Shown here piece after piece: positions 29,179 through 39,994 of a stretch of 64,000 bases of DNA. The stretch is taken from assembly GCA_963747235.1 (NCBI GenBank), contig CAVVEU010000033.1, positions 288,001 through 352,000 on the forward strand. Reading direction: 5' to 3'. This DNA is from an uncultured Candidatus Rokubacteria bacterium (lineage in GTDB: Bacteria; Methylomirabilota; Methylomirabilia; Rokubacteriales; CSP1-6). The notes beneath the pieces were generated by a model that did no database searches, was not told the DNA's origin, and saw nothing but the letters and a program-made list of their open reading frames with translations. The first letter of the stretch is position 1; each line of letters starts with the position of its first letter. Both the position numbers and the translations under genes were made by a program.

Positions 29179-30771
29179 ATGGCAGACGAGAACCCGCCGA
29201 CCGCCCCGCCCGCGGACGCCGCGGCCGAGTGGCGCCCCCGCTCGAGCCCGGTGCTCATCGCGATCTCCGTGATGCTGGGCACCTTCATGGAGGTGCTCGA
29301 CACCTCGGTCGCGAACGTGGCGCTGCCCCACATCGCGGGCAGCCTCTCGGCCACGCCCGAGCAGGCCACCTGGGTGCTCACGAGCTACCTGATCTCGAAC
29401 GCCATCGTGCTGCCGGTCACCGCGTGGCTCAGCGCCGCGTTCGGCCGCAAGCGCCTCCTGCTCACGTGCATCGTCATCTTCACGCTCGCCTCCGCCGCGT
29501 GCGGGGCCGCCATCAGCCTCGAGATGCTGATCCTGGCGCGCGTGATCCAGGGCATCGGCGGCGGCGCGCTCCAGCCGATCGCCCAGGCGATCCTGCTCGA
29601 GAGCTTCGACCCGTCCCGGCGGGGCCGCGCGATGGCCGCCTACTCGATGGGGGTGATCGTGGCGCCCATCATGGGCCCCACGCTCGGCGGCTGGATCACC
29701 GACAGCTACTCCTGGCGGTGGATCTTCTACATCAACCTGCCGGTCGGCTTCCTCGCCCTCGCGATGACGCAGACCTTCATCGAGGACCCGCCGTATCTCC
29801 AGCGCACCACGCTGCGCCGCATCGATTACTGGGGGCTCGCGTTCATGGCGATCTCGCTGGCCACGCTCCAGCTCGTGCTCGACAAGGGCCAGCAGGACGA
29901 CTGGCTCGCCGCGGTGTGGATCCGCTGGGTCCTCACCCTCTCCGCGGCCGCGATGGTGATCTTCGTCGTGCGCGAGCTGACGACGGACGAGCCCATCGTG
30001 AATCTGAGAATCCTGAGCGACCGCAACTTCGCGATCGGCACGCTCCTGATCACCGCGATGGGCATCGTCCTCTACGCCACCACCGCGATGCTCCCGCTCT
30101 TCCTCCAGACCCTGCTCGGCTATCCCGCGCTCGAGGCCGGGCTCGCGATCAGCCCGCGCGGCCTGGGCGCCCTGCTCGCCGCCATCACGGCGGGCCGCCT
30201 CATCGGCGTGGTGGATTCGCGCCTGATCGTCTCGGCCGGCTTCGGCCTGCTCGCGCTGTCCGGCATCTGGCTGAGCCGCCTCACCTTCGACGTGGCGTGG
30301 TCGAACATCGCGCTGGTCACCTTCGTGAACGGCCTCGCCAACCCCCTCATCTTCATCGCGCTCTCCACCATGTCCTTCGCCACGCTGCGGCGCGAGCAGA
30401 TGGGCGGGGCCACCGGCATCTACAACCTGATGCGCAATCTCGGCGGCAGCATCGGCATCTCGATGGCCACCACGCTCCTGGCGCGGCGCGCGCAGGTGCA
30501 CCAGAACGTCATGGTGGCGAAGATGACGCCCTACGACCCGGTCTACCAGCAGCGGCTGGAAGCGCTCCGGAAGGTGCTGACCCCCAAGGTGGGGGCGACC
30601 GCGGCCGCGCAGCAGGCAGTCGGCATCCTCTACAAGACGCTGGTGGCGCAGGCGACGCTACTGGCGTTCGTGGACAACTTCCGGCTGATCACGGTGCTGG
30701 CGCTCTGCTGCATCCCGCTGGCGGTGTTTCTCAGGCGCGCGCGAGCGCGACCGGCGCCCGGCGCGCACTGA
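29179..30771 (+). CDS. emrB: DHA2-family MFS efflux permease (EmrB-like)
   Basis: FMEVLDTSVANVALPHI, WVLTSYL, RVIQGIGGG, GPTLGGWITD, WRWIFYINLP, LDKGQ..DW, RNLGGSIG. Confidence 0.92.
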   Translation: MADENPPTAPPADAAAEWRPRSSPVLIAISVMLGTFMEVLDTSVANVALPHIAGSLSATPEQATWVLTSYLISNAIVLPVTAWLSAAFGRKRLLLTCIVIFTLASAACGAAISLEMLILARVIQGIGGGALQPIAQAILLESFDPSRRGRAMAAYSMGVIVAPIMGPTLGGWITDSYSWRWIFYINLPVGFLALAMTQTFIEDPPYLQRTTLRRIDYWGLAFMAISLATLQLVLDKGQQDDWLAAVWIRWVLTLSAAAMVIFVVRELTTDEPIVNLRILSDRNFAIGTLLITAMGIVLYATTAMLPLFLQTLLGYPALEAGLAISPRGLGALLAAITAGRLIGVVDSRLIVSAGFGLLALSGIWLSRLTFDVAWSNIALVTFVNGLANPLIFIALSTMSFATLRREQMGGATGIYNLMRNLGGSIGISMATTLLARRAQVHQNVMVAKMTPYDPVYQQRLEALRKVLTPKVGATAAAQQAVGILYKTLVAQATLLAFVDNFRLITVLALCCIPLAVFLRRARARPAPGAH

Positions 30772-30773
30772 TC

Positions 30774-31619
30774 CTACTTGGTGGGCTTGGCCGCCTCGGA
30801 TTCGAACTTGGAGAAGGTGGACAGCGCGCTGAGCGACTGCACGCCGGTGAGGCGCTCGGCGCCCATCACCCAGGTCGGGAAGATCTTCACCCCCGCCTTC
30901 TCGCACAGGTCCGGGCGGCCGTTGACCGTGTCCGCGGCGCACTCCACGTAGGGCACGTCCTTGGCCGCGTCGCCGAAGAGCGCCTTCTGCTCGGCGCAGT
31001 GCGGGCACCAGTGGGCGCCGTACATCACCGCGCCCTTCTCCCGCAGGTGCCGCGCCAGCGCGCCCTCGAAGCCGGCGGCGCCGCCGGCCGGCATCGCGAA
31101 GATGAAGGCGGCGCCGAGCGGCGCCAGGATCGCCGCGGCCAGCGCGCCGGGCACGAGCGCCGAGAGCTTCCGGCGGCCCGGCAAGGTGGCGCGCCGGCGG
31201 AGCAGCACCAGCAGGATGGCCACCGCGATCGCGCCCGAGGCCAGGCAATACGCGCAGGTGGCGTGGATGACGAGCACCGAGACCGCGGTCAGGTAGATCG
31301 AGACGCCCACGCCCGCGGCGGCCAGGTAGAAGGTCCAGGTCCAGCGCGCCGCGGTGAGCCCGAGCGCGGCCAGCGCTCCGATCGCCGCGTACATCAGCAC
31401 GCCCCAGAGCGCGGTCGGCACCCAGAGGAGCGTGCCGTAGCGGCTCCCCTGCACGATGTCGCATCCGCTCCCGGACAGGCAGAAGGCGGCGTTGCCGCCC
31501 AACCACTTGAGCCAGGTGAGGTAGGCGGCGATGGCGAAGCCGGCGGCGGCCAGGCCCAGGATCAGGACGTCGGGCCGGGCGGGGGCCACGGGGGTAACCT
31601 CGCGTTTTCGTGCGGCCAT
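30774..31619 (-). CDS. vitamin K epoxide reductase (VKOR) fused to C-terminal thioredoxin-like domain
   Basis: Loop cysteines C-LSGSG-C, active site CAYC, Trx MYGAHWCPHC...YVEC...C..AGV..FPTW. Confidence 0.9.
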   Translation of the reverse strand: MAARKREVTPVAPARPDVLILGLAAAGFAIAAYLTWLKWLGGNAAFCLSGSGCDIVQGSRYGTLLWVPTALWGVLMYAAIGALAALGLTAARWTWTFYLAAAGVGVSIYLTAVSVLVIHATCAYCLASGAIAVAILLVLLRRRATLPGRRKLSALVPGALAAAILAPLGAAFIFAMPAGGAAGFEGALARHLREKGAVMYGAHWCPHCAEQKALFGDAAKDVPYVECAADTVNGRPDLCEKAGVKIFPTWVMGAERLTGVQSLSALSTFSKFESEAAKPTK

Positions 31620-31713
31620 ATCGGACGTAACAGTACCACAAGGCCCGCCGGGGGCCGCCGGTTGGACACCCGGATTGCGCCGGCGCGGGCAGGGGCGCTA
31701 CGCTAGCGGGACC

Positions 31714-32892
31714 ATGTTCCCACTCCCGCCCCTGACGGATGAGCAGCGCTCGGTGATCGATCGCGTGGCGACCCTCTCGCGCGAGCGCTTCGCGCCGCGC
31801 GCGGCCCGGTACGACGCCGACTCCACGTTCCCGTACGAGAACTACGCGGACCTGCACGCGGCCGGCCTCTTCGCGCTCACCGTCCCCCGCGAGTACGGCG
31901 GGGTCGGCGCCGATCCGGTCACCTACGTGCACGCCCTGCGCGAGATCGCCAAGGGCTGCTCGGCCACCGCGCTCACCTTCAACATGCACTCGACGGTGAC
32001 CACCTTCGTGGCCGCGCTCGGCACCGAGGAGCAGAAGCGGCGCTACTTCGGCGAGGTCGTCGGCCGCGGGGCCCGCATCGCCTCCATCACCAGCGAGCCC
32101 GAGCAGAGCTTCCGCGACAAGTTCGTGCTCAACACCGTGTTCCACCCGACCGAGGGCGGCGGGTATCGGGTGGCGGGGGTGAAGCAGTTCTGCTCGCTCG
32201 GCGACGCGGCCGACTACTTCTTCATCACCGGGATCCAGGCGGGCAAGACCAGCGCGCGCGACGGCGTGATCTCCGCGATGATCCCGGGCCGCGACGCGGG
32301 CGTGAAGATCGAGGGCACCTGGAACGCCACCGGCATGCGCGGCACCATCAGCCATACGATCCGCTACGACTGCGCGGTGGATCCGAGCAACGTGGTCGGG
32401 CAGCCCGGCCAGTACCTGACCATCGATCTCCAGGGCTTCGCGCTCGGCTACGCCGCGGTGTACCTGGGCATCGGGGAGGCCGCCTTCGAGTACATGACCG
32501 AGTACGCGCGCACCAAGATCCAGCGGCCCTCCACCGAGCCCATGAGCCATCACCCGCTCGTGCAGCGCACGGTGGCCGAGGTGGGCACCCAGATCCGCGC
32601 GGCCCGGCTCCTCCTGCACGAGGCCGCCTGCGTGAAGATGGCGGGCGACCGCGAGGCCACCATGCTCGTGGTGAACCAGGCCAAGACCTTCGCGGCCGAC
32701 GTGGGGCTGATGGCCACCGAGCGCGCGATGCGCCTGGCGGGCGGGCGCGGCATCCTGAAGGAATTGCCGCTCGAGCGCTGGCACCGCGACTCGCTGGCCG
32801 GCCCGGTGATGCCGCCCTCGAACGACCGCTGCCTCGAGACCGCGGGCAAGCTCCTCTGCGGGCTGCGCGCGGCCACCCTCGAGTTCCAGTAG
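31714..32892 (+). CDS. acyl-CoA dehydrogenase family flavoprotein
   Basis: FAPRAARYD, VPREYGG, NMH, SEP, GVKQFCS, W.ATGMRGT.S, LERWHRD. Confidence 0.88.
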   Translation: MFPLPPLTDEQRSVIDRVATLSRERFAPRAARYDADSTFPYENYADLHAAGLFALTVPREYGGVGADPVTYVHALREIAKGCSATALTFNMHSTVTTFVAALGTEEQKRRYFGEVVGRGARIASITSEPEQSFRDKFVLNTVFHPTEGGGYRVAGVKQFCSLGDAADYFFITGIQAGKTSARDGVISAMIPGRDAGVKIEGTWNATGMRGTISHTIRYDCAVDPSNVVGQPGQYLTIDLQGFALGYAAVYLGIGEAAFEYMTEYARTKIQRPSTEPMSHHPLVQRTVAEVGTQIRAARLLLHEAACVKMAGDREATMLVVNQAKTFAADVGLMATERAMRLAGGRGILKELPLERWHRDSLAGPVMPPSNDRCLETAGKLLCGLRAATLEFQ

Positions 32893-32908
32893 GCGGGCGC
32901 CGCCGCGC

Positions 32909-33418
32909 ATGCGACTGGAAGTCCTCCGGCGGGAGCTGGCCCAGGGCGCGGAGACCATCCAGGGCCTCGTGGCGGGCGTCTCGGCGGCCGAGGCGCGCGT
33001 GCGGCCCTCGCCCGAGGCCTGGTCCATCCTGGAAGTCGTCGCGCATCTCCTCGACGAGGAGCGCGAAGATTTTCGCCCGCGCCTCGACCTGGTCCTGCAC
33101 CGGCCGCAGGAGACCTGGGCGCCGATCGATCCACCCGCCTGGGTCACCGCGCGCGGCTACAACGACCGCGAGCTCGGCGCGACCCTGAGCGCCTTCCTCA
33201 CCGAGCGCGAGCGCTCGCTGGCCTGGCTCGCGGGCCTCACCGCCCCCGACTGGAGCCGCGAGTACCGGGCCTCCTTCGGCCCGATCACCGCCGGGGACCT
33301 GGCCGCCTCCTGGGCCGCGCACGACCTGCTGCACACGCGCCAGCTCCTCGAGCTGCGCCGCGCCCGGCTGCTCGCCCTTGCCGCGCCGCATAGCACCGGG
33401 TATGCGGGTGACTGGTAG
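32909..33418 (+). CDS. DinB family protein
   Basis: WSILEVVAHLLDEE, WAAHDLLHTRQL. Confidence 0.85.
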   Translation: MRLEVLRRELAQGAETIQGLVAGVSAAEARVRPSPEAWSILEVVAHLLDEEREDFRPRLDLVLHRPQETWAPIDPPAWVTARGYNDRELGATLSAFLTERERSLAWLAGLTAPDWSREYRASFGPITAGDLAASWAAHDLLHTRQLLELRRARLLALAAPHSTGYAGDW

Positions 33419-34029
33419 GGAGCCGCTCCTCCTCCTGATCGTCGGCGCGGTCCTGCTCGTCCTCTCGGGCATCGGTCCGCACGACCGGGCCACGTGGTGG
33501 CTCGAGGTGGCGCCGATCCTGATCGCGGTCTCCGATCCTGGTGCTGACCGCGCGGCGCTTCCCGCTGACCCCGCTCGCCTATCGGCTCATCTTCGTCCAC
33601 GCGCTGATCCTCATGCTGGGCGGCCACTACACCTACGCGGAAGTGCCGCTCGGTTTCTGGCTGGAAGACGCGCTCGGCCTCGCCCGGAACCCCTACGACC
33701 GGCTGGGCCACTTCGCGCAGGGGTTCGTCCCCGCCGTCGTGGTGCGCGAGGTCTTGCTCCGGCGCTCCCCGCTCGCGCCGGGCAAGTGGCTCACGTTCCT
33801 GGTGGTGAGCGTGTGCCTCGCCATCAGCGCGCTCTACGAGCTGGTGGAATGGTGGGCCGCCCTGATCGGCGGCGAGGGCGCCGACGCCTTCCTGGGCACG
33901 CAGGGTGATCAGTGGGACACTCAGTGGGACATGTTCGTGGCGCTCCTGGGGGCGGCGACCGCGCTGCTGATTCTCTCCCGCCTCCACGACCGCCAGATCA
34001 CCAGACTCGAGGAGGCCGGTCATGTCTGA
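33402..34029 (+). CDS. DUF2238 (YjdF-like) membrane protein, frameshift near 33530
   Basis: TWWLEVAP, GGHYTYAEVP, RNPYDRLGHFAQG, YELVEW, FLGTQGDQWDTQWDM. Confidence 0.88.
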
Positions 34030-34502
34030 GCACAAGGCGGCGGTGCGGTGGAAGCTGGCGGCCGATGGGGAGGCGTTCCTCAAGGGGCGCTACTCCCGCG
34101 AGCACACGTGGACGTTCGACGGCGGGCGTGACCGTGCCGGCTTCGCCCTCGCCCGGCGTGATCCCCGCGCCGTGGTCCAACCCGGCCGGGGTGGATCCGG
34201 AGGAGGCCTACGTGGCCGCGATCTCGAGCTGCCACATGCTCACGTTTCTCTACGTGGCCATGCGCGCGGGAGTCGTGGTCATCTCCTACGAGGACGACGC
34301 GGTGGGCGTGATGCGCAAGAACGAGCGCGGCGCGATCTGGGTGAGCGCGGTGACCTTGAACCCGCGCATCGTCTACGGCGGCGACAAGGAGCCGACCGCG
34401 GCGGACGTGGACCACCTGCACCATCTGGCCCACGAGCAGTGCTTCATCGCCAACTCGGTGAAGACCGAGATCCGGATCGCCGGCGTGCCGGCGACGACGT
34501 AG
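34022..34502 (+). CDS. OsmC family protein, frameshift near 34125
   Basis: YSREHTWTFDGG, DPEEAYVAAISSCHMLTFL, AHEQCFIANSVK. Confidence 0.88.
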
Positions 34503-36363
34503 CTATTCGCCGTCATGCTTGGCGACCGCGCCGAGCGCATCTGCGGGCATTTCCACGATGGAGGCGGGGCCGTTCGCACTGGGCTTCACCATGAGCCGGC
34601 GCGCGTGGAAGGGGCCCAGCGTCGCCCGATGGCCGATGCTGAACACCATCGTCTCCGGGAGCCGCTCGCGCACCAGCCGATAGAGGCGCGCCTCCGTCGC
34701 CTCGTCCAGCGCCGAGGTCGCCTCGTCGAGAAAGAGCCAGTCGGGCTTCTGGACCAGGGCCCGCGCGAAGGCCATGCGCTGCTGCTCGCCGGGGGAGAGC
34801 TGGAGCGCCCAGTGGGCGGCCTCGTCGAGCCGCCCGGTGAGCTCCTTGAGGTCCACGGCCTCGAGCGCCTCGCGCAGCGTCTTGTCGTCCACCCCGCCCG
34901 CGGGCATCGGATAGCTCACCACGTCCCGGAGCGCGCCGATCGGCAGGTACGGCCGCTGCGGGAGAAAGAGGACGCGGGCATCCTGCGGCACGCGGATGTC
35001 GCCACGCCCGAACGGCCAGATGCCGGCGATGGCACGGACGAGCGTGCTCTTTCCCGAGCCCGACGCGCCACCCAGGAGCACGGTGTCCCCTTGCCGGAGC
35101 GAGAGGTTGATGTTCGCCATGAGCGGCTGGCCATCGGGTAGATCGAGATCGACTCCTTCCACGGTCAGGTGCGTGGGGCGCCCCGCGGCGACCCGGACGC
35201 CGCTCTCGGTCGACTGCCGGCGCACGTGCTCGAGCGCGCGATCGAAGCCGGCGAGTCGCTCGACCACGGCACTCCAGGCCGCGATCTCCTTGTATGACTG
35301 GATGAAGAAGCTGAGCGCATCCTGGACCTGCTGGAAGGCCTGGGTCGTCTGCATGAGGCCGCCGAGCCCGATCTCACCCCGGAAGTAGCGGGGCGCCGCG
35401 ACGATCGACGGGACGATCCACGCCCCCAGTCCGTAGCCGTGCGGTGAAGTAGGCCATCCGCTTCTGCCGGCGCATGATGCCCCACCAGTTGCCCACCACG
35501 TCCTCGAACCGTTCGCGAAAGCCACGGAACTCGTCCGTCTCGCCGCGGTACAGGGCCACTCCCTCGGTGTTCTCGCGGAAGCGGACGAGGCTGAACCGGA
35601 AGTCGGCTTCGTACCGCTGCTCGTCGAAGTTCAGCCGGACCAGCGGGCGGCCGAGCCAGTCGGTCAGCCAGGTGCCGGCGATCGCGTACAGAACGGCCAC
35701 CCAGACGATGTAGCCGGGTATGGTGAGGGAGAACCCGCCCACCGGAACGGTGAACGTTCCGGACAACCCCCAGAGGATCGCCACGAAGGTCACCAGCGTG
35801 ACGATCGCGCGCAGGCCCCCGGTGAACAGGCCGAGCGTGTGGGCGGCGAGAAGGTGCACGTCTTCCGCGATGCGCTGGTCCGGGTTGTCGGTCTCACGCG
35901 CCACGAGCTGCATCCGGTAGTAGGCGCCATCGGCCAGCCAGGCGCGGAGGTAGCGGTCGGTCAGCCAGCGTCGCCAGCGGATCTCGAGCATCTGGTTGAG
36001 ATAGACCTGGTAGACGGCAAGGATGATGAAGATGCCGATCAGCCACGTGACGCGCAACAACTGCCCGCGAAAGGCCACGAGGTTCTTGTCCTGGAGCGCG
36101 CTGTAGAAGGCGTTGTTCCACTGATTCAAGAGAACCGTGAGGTAGACCATGCCGAGCGTGAGGAGCACGACGGCGAGCAGGAGCCCCCGGGCCGCCCACC
36201 GGTCCTCCGAGAACCAGTACGGGCCGATCATGGCCCATGCGTTGGAGAGCGTTCGGCGCAGGTCGATCCTGGCCGGACCGTCGGAGGGGTTGGGGCGAGG
36301 GGCGCCCGGGCCAGAGCTCCGGAGCTCCTCGTCCCCGTCCCGGTTCCTACCCCCGAGCCGCAA
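34503..36363 (-). CDS. fused ABC transporter permease/ATPase of YddA/BacA(Rv1819c)/ABCD type, frameshift near 35435
   Basis: PYWFSE, NQWNNAFYSALQ, IRWRRWLT, DNPDQRIAED, EADFRFSLVR.REN.E.VA.YRGE, GASGSGKS, FLPQRPY, LSPGEQQR, LDEATSALD; start uncertain (36232-36363). Confidence 0.88.
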
Positions 36364-36570
36364 CCGGAGACTCCAGTGTGTTGCGTCTCCGACCCGCGGC
36401 GATCGCGCTCGAAGCGAGAGCGCTGCGTCAGAGGGATCCTACCGCGGCTGGCATTCGCTTGAAACACTTGGTGGCGATGATCCATAGTGGGATCTCACGT
36501 AGTGATCTTACAGGACTCGTCGGGAATACCCGAGAAGGAACGGGTGAGCCCGGCGGTGGAGAGATCAGCG

Positions 36571-37382
36571 ATGCGTCAACTGCTACTCGTGCTGCTCGAA
36601 CGCATACGGCGGGGAGCCCCGCACGCGCCGGGCTCGGCGTCTGCTTCTCATGAGCCTCGCGTGGGTGGTCGTCGGTTGCGCGAGTCCCTCGCTGATGCCG
36701 GAGACGCAGGCGGGGGCCATCAAGGACCGCGACCGAGCTCTCGCGCCCCACGCCGCCGCCATACACGCCGCCATCGGCCAATCCGGACATGTGGGCGCCC
36801 TGGCCTTTCTCGACGCCAAGGATGGCCGCCTGATCGTCCTGCCGGGCGACAGTCCGGCCGATGCCTGGTCGCGTTATCATCGCGTCGCCGGAGGGCGAGA
36901 CCGGCCGCGGGTCGGTGCCGCCGGTGCTCACCTTCGTGCATCGAGCGGACGTACCCAAGGCTCCCGAGACCGTGACCCGGGGCGTCTTGCAACAGCAGGC
37001 CCAGCTCCACGACGCGTACCGGCGCTTCGAGGAGCAGCTGGGCAGCGTACAGCGCGAGCTCGCCGAGTCGATCGCGGCGACGAAGCGGGAGTCGGACGCG
37101 CGCGCGGACATGCAGACCGCCCTGACCTCGCTCTCCGAGGAGCTGGCGACGGTGCGCAAGTTCATGCTGCAGACGGCCCAGCTCGGCTGGCTCAATCACG
37201 AATTGAATGTCGAGAACGCGACCGGCATACGGAAGATGGCGACGGCCAGTCAGGAGCTGTCCGCGAGCTCGGTGAAGCTGGAAGAGACCATGCGCCAGCT
37301 CTCGGAGAGTCTGGCCGGGCAGCTCAAGGAGCTGGCGAACCGGCTGGACACCATTCAGGGCAAGGTCAGTAGCCTCAAGTGA
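36571..37382 (+). CDS. hypothetical lipoprotein with C-terminal coiled coil, frameshifts near 36620 and 36880
   Basis: Lipobox LLLMSLAWVVVGC; heptad-rich C-terminus ...ELSASSVKLEETMRQLSESLAGQLKELANRLDTIQ; alternative start 36650. Confidence 0.6.
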
Positions 37383-38038
37383 GGCGGGCGATGCGCCACG
37401 GCGGCACCGGGAGACGCTGGCTCCACACCCTGATGGCCTGCCTTCTGCTATCGCTGATCGCGGCCCCGGACGGGCTCGCCGGCGAGTGGGAGAACATGCG
37501 TGAGAGCTACGACAACAAGCTGAAGGCTCATGCCAAGCGGATCGCCGAGGTCGAGGCAAGGGAGCGCGGGGTTCCGGCGGATCCGGAGAAGCGCGCGGAC
37601 AAGATCACGAGGGATCGGATCACCGGAATCAAGGGCTCCCTGAAGGGCGGCGGCAAGGCCAGGAGCCTGGCCGAGACCGCCGAGAAGGCGTCCGGTGACG
37701 CGAGGGCATTGATCGACGTGTACCGAGAGCAGGGCGGGTATCTCGACATCGTCATCAGCGAGTGGGGAACGGAAGGGGCGGAACGGAAGAAGCTCCGCGA
37801 GTCCATCGCGACCTTGCAGAAGAACCTCGAGAGCGCCAATGCGAGCCTGGCGAGGGCGATCGAGGCGGCGGAGGCCACGGCCAGGCGCGTGCCGGAGTCG
37901 GGCCTGCCCGAGAAGGCCGGCCGGATCGAGGCCGCGGAGAAAGAGCGAGCGAGATGGCTGCGCGAACAGGCCGCGCTGGAGCGGGAACGCCAGCAGAGAG
38001 AGCGCGGCGCCGCTGAGCGCGAGCGGGGCGTGCGGTGA
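37379..38038 (+). CDS. hypothetical secreted coiled-coil protein
   Basis: Signal peptide WLHTLMACLLLSLIAAPDGLA; E/K/R-rich helical body; GTGA overlap with upstream gene. Confidence 0.65.
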   Translation: MRRAMRHGGTGRRWLHTLMACLLLSLIAAPDGLAGEWENMRESYDNKLKAHAKRIAEVEARERGVPADPEKRADKITRDRITGIKGSLKGGGKARSLAETAEKASGDARALIDVYREQGGYLDIVISEWGTEGAERKKLRESIATLQKNLESANASLARAIEAAEATARRVPESGLPEKAGRIEAAEKERARWLREQAALERERQQRERGAAERERGVR

Positions 38039-38042
38039 GGCC

Positions 38043-39957
38043 TTAGAGCGCGAGCTGGCCGCCGACGACCCGCGCGTAGTAGCCCTGCTCGGCGAGGAGA
38101 TCGTCGGGGGCGCCCATCTCGGTCAGGCGGCCGTTGTCCACGACCAGGATCTTGTCGACCCGCCGGATCGTGGTGAGCCGGTGGGCGACCATCAACGTCG
38201 TGCGCCCGCGCATCAGCGCGAAGAGGCTGGCCACGACCTGGGCTTCGCTCTCCACGTCGAGCGCGCTCGTCGGCTCGTCCATCAACAAGATGGGCGCGTC
38301 CTTCAGGAACGCCCGGGCCAGGTTGATCCGCTGCTTCTCCCCGACACTCAAGCGCGCGCCCCCCTCCCCGATGACCGTTCGATAGTGCTGGGGCAGCTTC
38401 TCGATGAGCTGGGCGGCACCGGCGGCGTGCGCGGCGGCCTCGATCTCCTCCATCGTCGCCTGGGGTTTCCCGTAGGAGATGTTCTCGGCCACGGTGGTGG
38501 GCAGGATGATCGGCTCCTGCAGGACCAGGGCGATCTGCGCCCGCAGGTCCTCCAGGCGGAGGTCGCGCAGGTCCACGCCTTCCAGCAGCACCGCGCCGCT
38601 CACGGGGTCGAAGAACCGCGGCAGCAGGTTCAACAGCGTCGTCTTGCCGGCACCGCTCGGCCCGATGATGGCCGCCGACGTGCCCGCGAGGAGCTTGAAG
38701 CTCATGTTGCGCAGCACCGGCCGCGAGCTCTCATACGCGAAGCAGACGTCGTCGTAGGTGACATTGCCGTAGACCGGGAGCGGCGGGGGCGGCGGACCCG
38801 GCGGGCGCAGCGCCGGCGGCGGCGAACATGTTGTCGGCCGACGTGGGCAATCCAGCCGGTCCGTCGAGGTCCCGTCCCTGGCAGACCCGGCGCGCCTCCG
38901 GGCGGTCCTTCACCTCCTCGGGCGTGTCGAGGATCTCGAACACCCGCCGCGTGCTCGCGCTCGCGCTCGACAGCGTGGCGCCGACCTGCGAGAGCTGGTG
39001 GAGCGGGTCGAAGAGCTGGGCGACGTAGGCGAGAAACACCAGCAGCTCTCCCACCGTCAGGTTGGCGGCCAGCACCTGCTGAGCGCCCACCCAGGTCACC
39101 CCGAGCGTGCACGCGCTCAGGATCACCGAGATGGAGCCCCAGTAGAAGACCTCGAGCCCCTGCTGCGCCATCTTCTGCTGCCGCGCCGCTTCGGTGTGGG
39201 TCATGAACCGTTGCCGCTCGTGGTGCTCGCGCGCATTGCTCTGGATCAGGGGCAGGGCGGTGATCCCCTGGTGAATGAGCGCGTAGACCTTGCCCTCCGC
39301 CTGCTGGGCGGCAGTACCCCGCATCCGCATCGCCCGCCCGAAGACCTTGATCGACAGCAGCAGGATCGGCACCGCGACCATGGCCACCGCGGCGAGGCGC
39401 AGGTTCAGCTGGGCCATCGCGACCGCCATGAACAGGAGCGTGCCGGTGGCGCTGATGAAGGTCAGCAACCCCTGCAGGAACAGGATCTGAAAGGCGGACG
39501 TGTCCGTCCCGGCCCGGAAGATGATGTCCCCCGCCTCGGTGCCGTGGTGGTAACGCAGCGAGAGGCGCTGGAGCCAGCCGAAGACGTCATCGCGGACCCG
39601 CCGCAGGCCGCGGAGCCCCACGCCGATCGAGAGGTACGCGTGCCCGGCGCATGCGGCGGCGTGGACCAGATGAAGCGCCAGCGCCGCCACGATGATGGCG
39701 GTGAGCTGGGCGGGCTGTCCCCAGGCCCGTGCCTCATCGGGCAGCCACCCAGGGTACGGCTTGCTCCCGAGGATGCTGTCGACCAGGAACGCCAGGGGCC
39801 AGGGCTTGAGCAGGTTGAGCCCGATGCCGAGGAGCAATAGACCCAAGCTAAGGGCTATCCGCCCAGCGTCAGGCCGGAAGTACCCCAGCGCCCGGAGCAG
39901 CTGACGGAAACGTCCAACGGAGGAAGGGAGGTCGCGCGTCAACCCGGCGGTGTTCAT
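38043..39957 (-). CDS. fused ABC exporter (MsbA/MdlB-like), frameshift near 38775
   Basis: Six-TM domain (LLKPWPL, LQRLSLRYH, LTVGELLVFLAY), GPSGAGKTT, RFFDP, LSVGEKQR, LMDEPTSALD, VAHRLTTI. Confidence 0.9.
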
Positions 39958-39978
39958 GGAGACAATGCACGGGAGAAT

Positions 39979-39994
39979 GGCAAGCCGCGTGCCA
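39979..39994 (-). promoter_or_regulatory. sigma54 (-24/-12) promoter
   Basis: Minus strand TGGCACGCGGCTTGCC is a near-perfect TGGCACG-N4-TTGC, about 22 nt upstream of the ABC exporter ATG. Confidence 0.75.

Noticed and set aside
27768-31706. Very long ORFs (1312 aa here; 1305 aa at 58978-62895; many others)
   Set aside because: Antisense or off-frame shadows of real genes in stop-poor high-GC DNA; low-complexity R/G/A/H-rich translations
36300-36570. Cobalamin or c-di-GMP riboswitch upstream of the BacA/YddA-like ABC transporter
   Set aside because: No B12-box or GGCAAA...GACGCAAA core recognisable by eye
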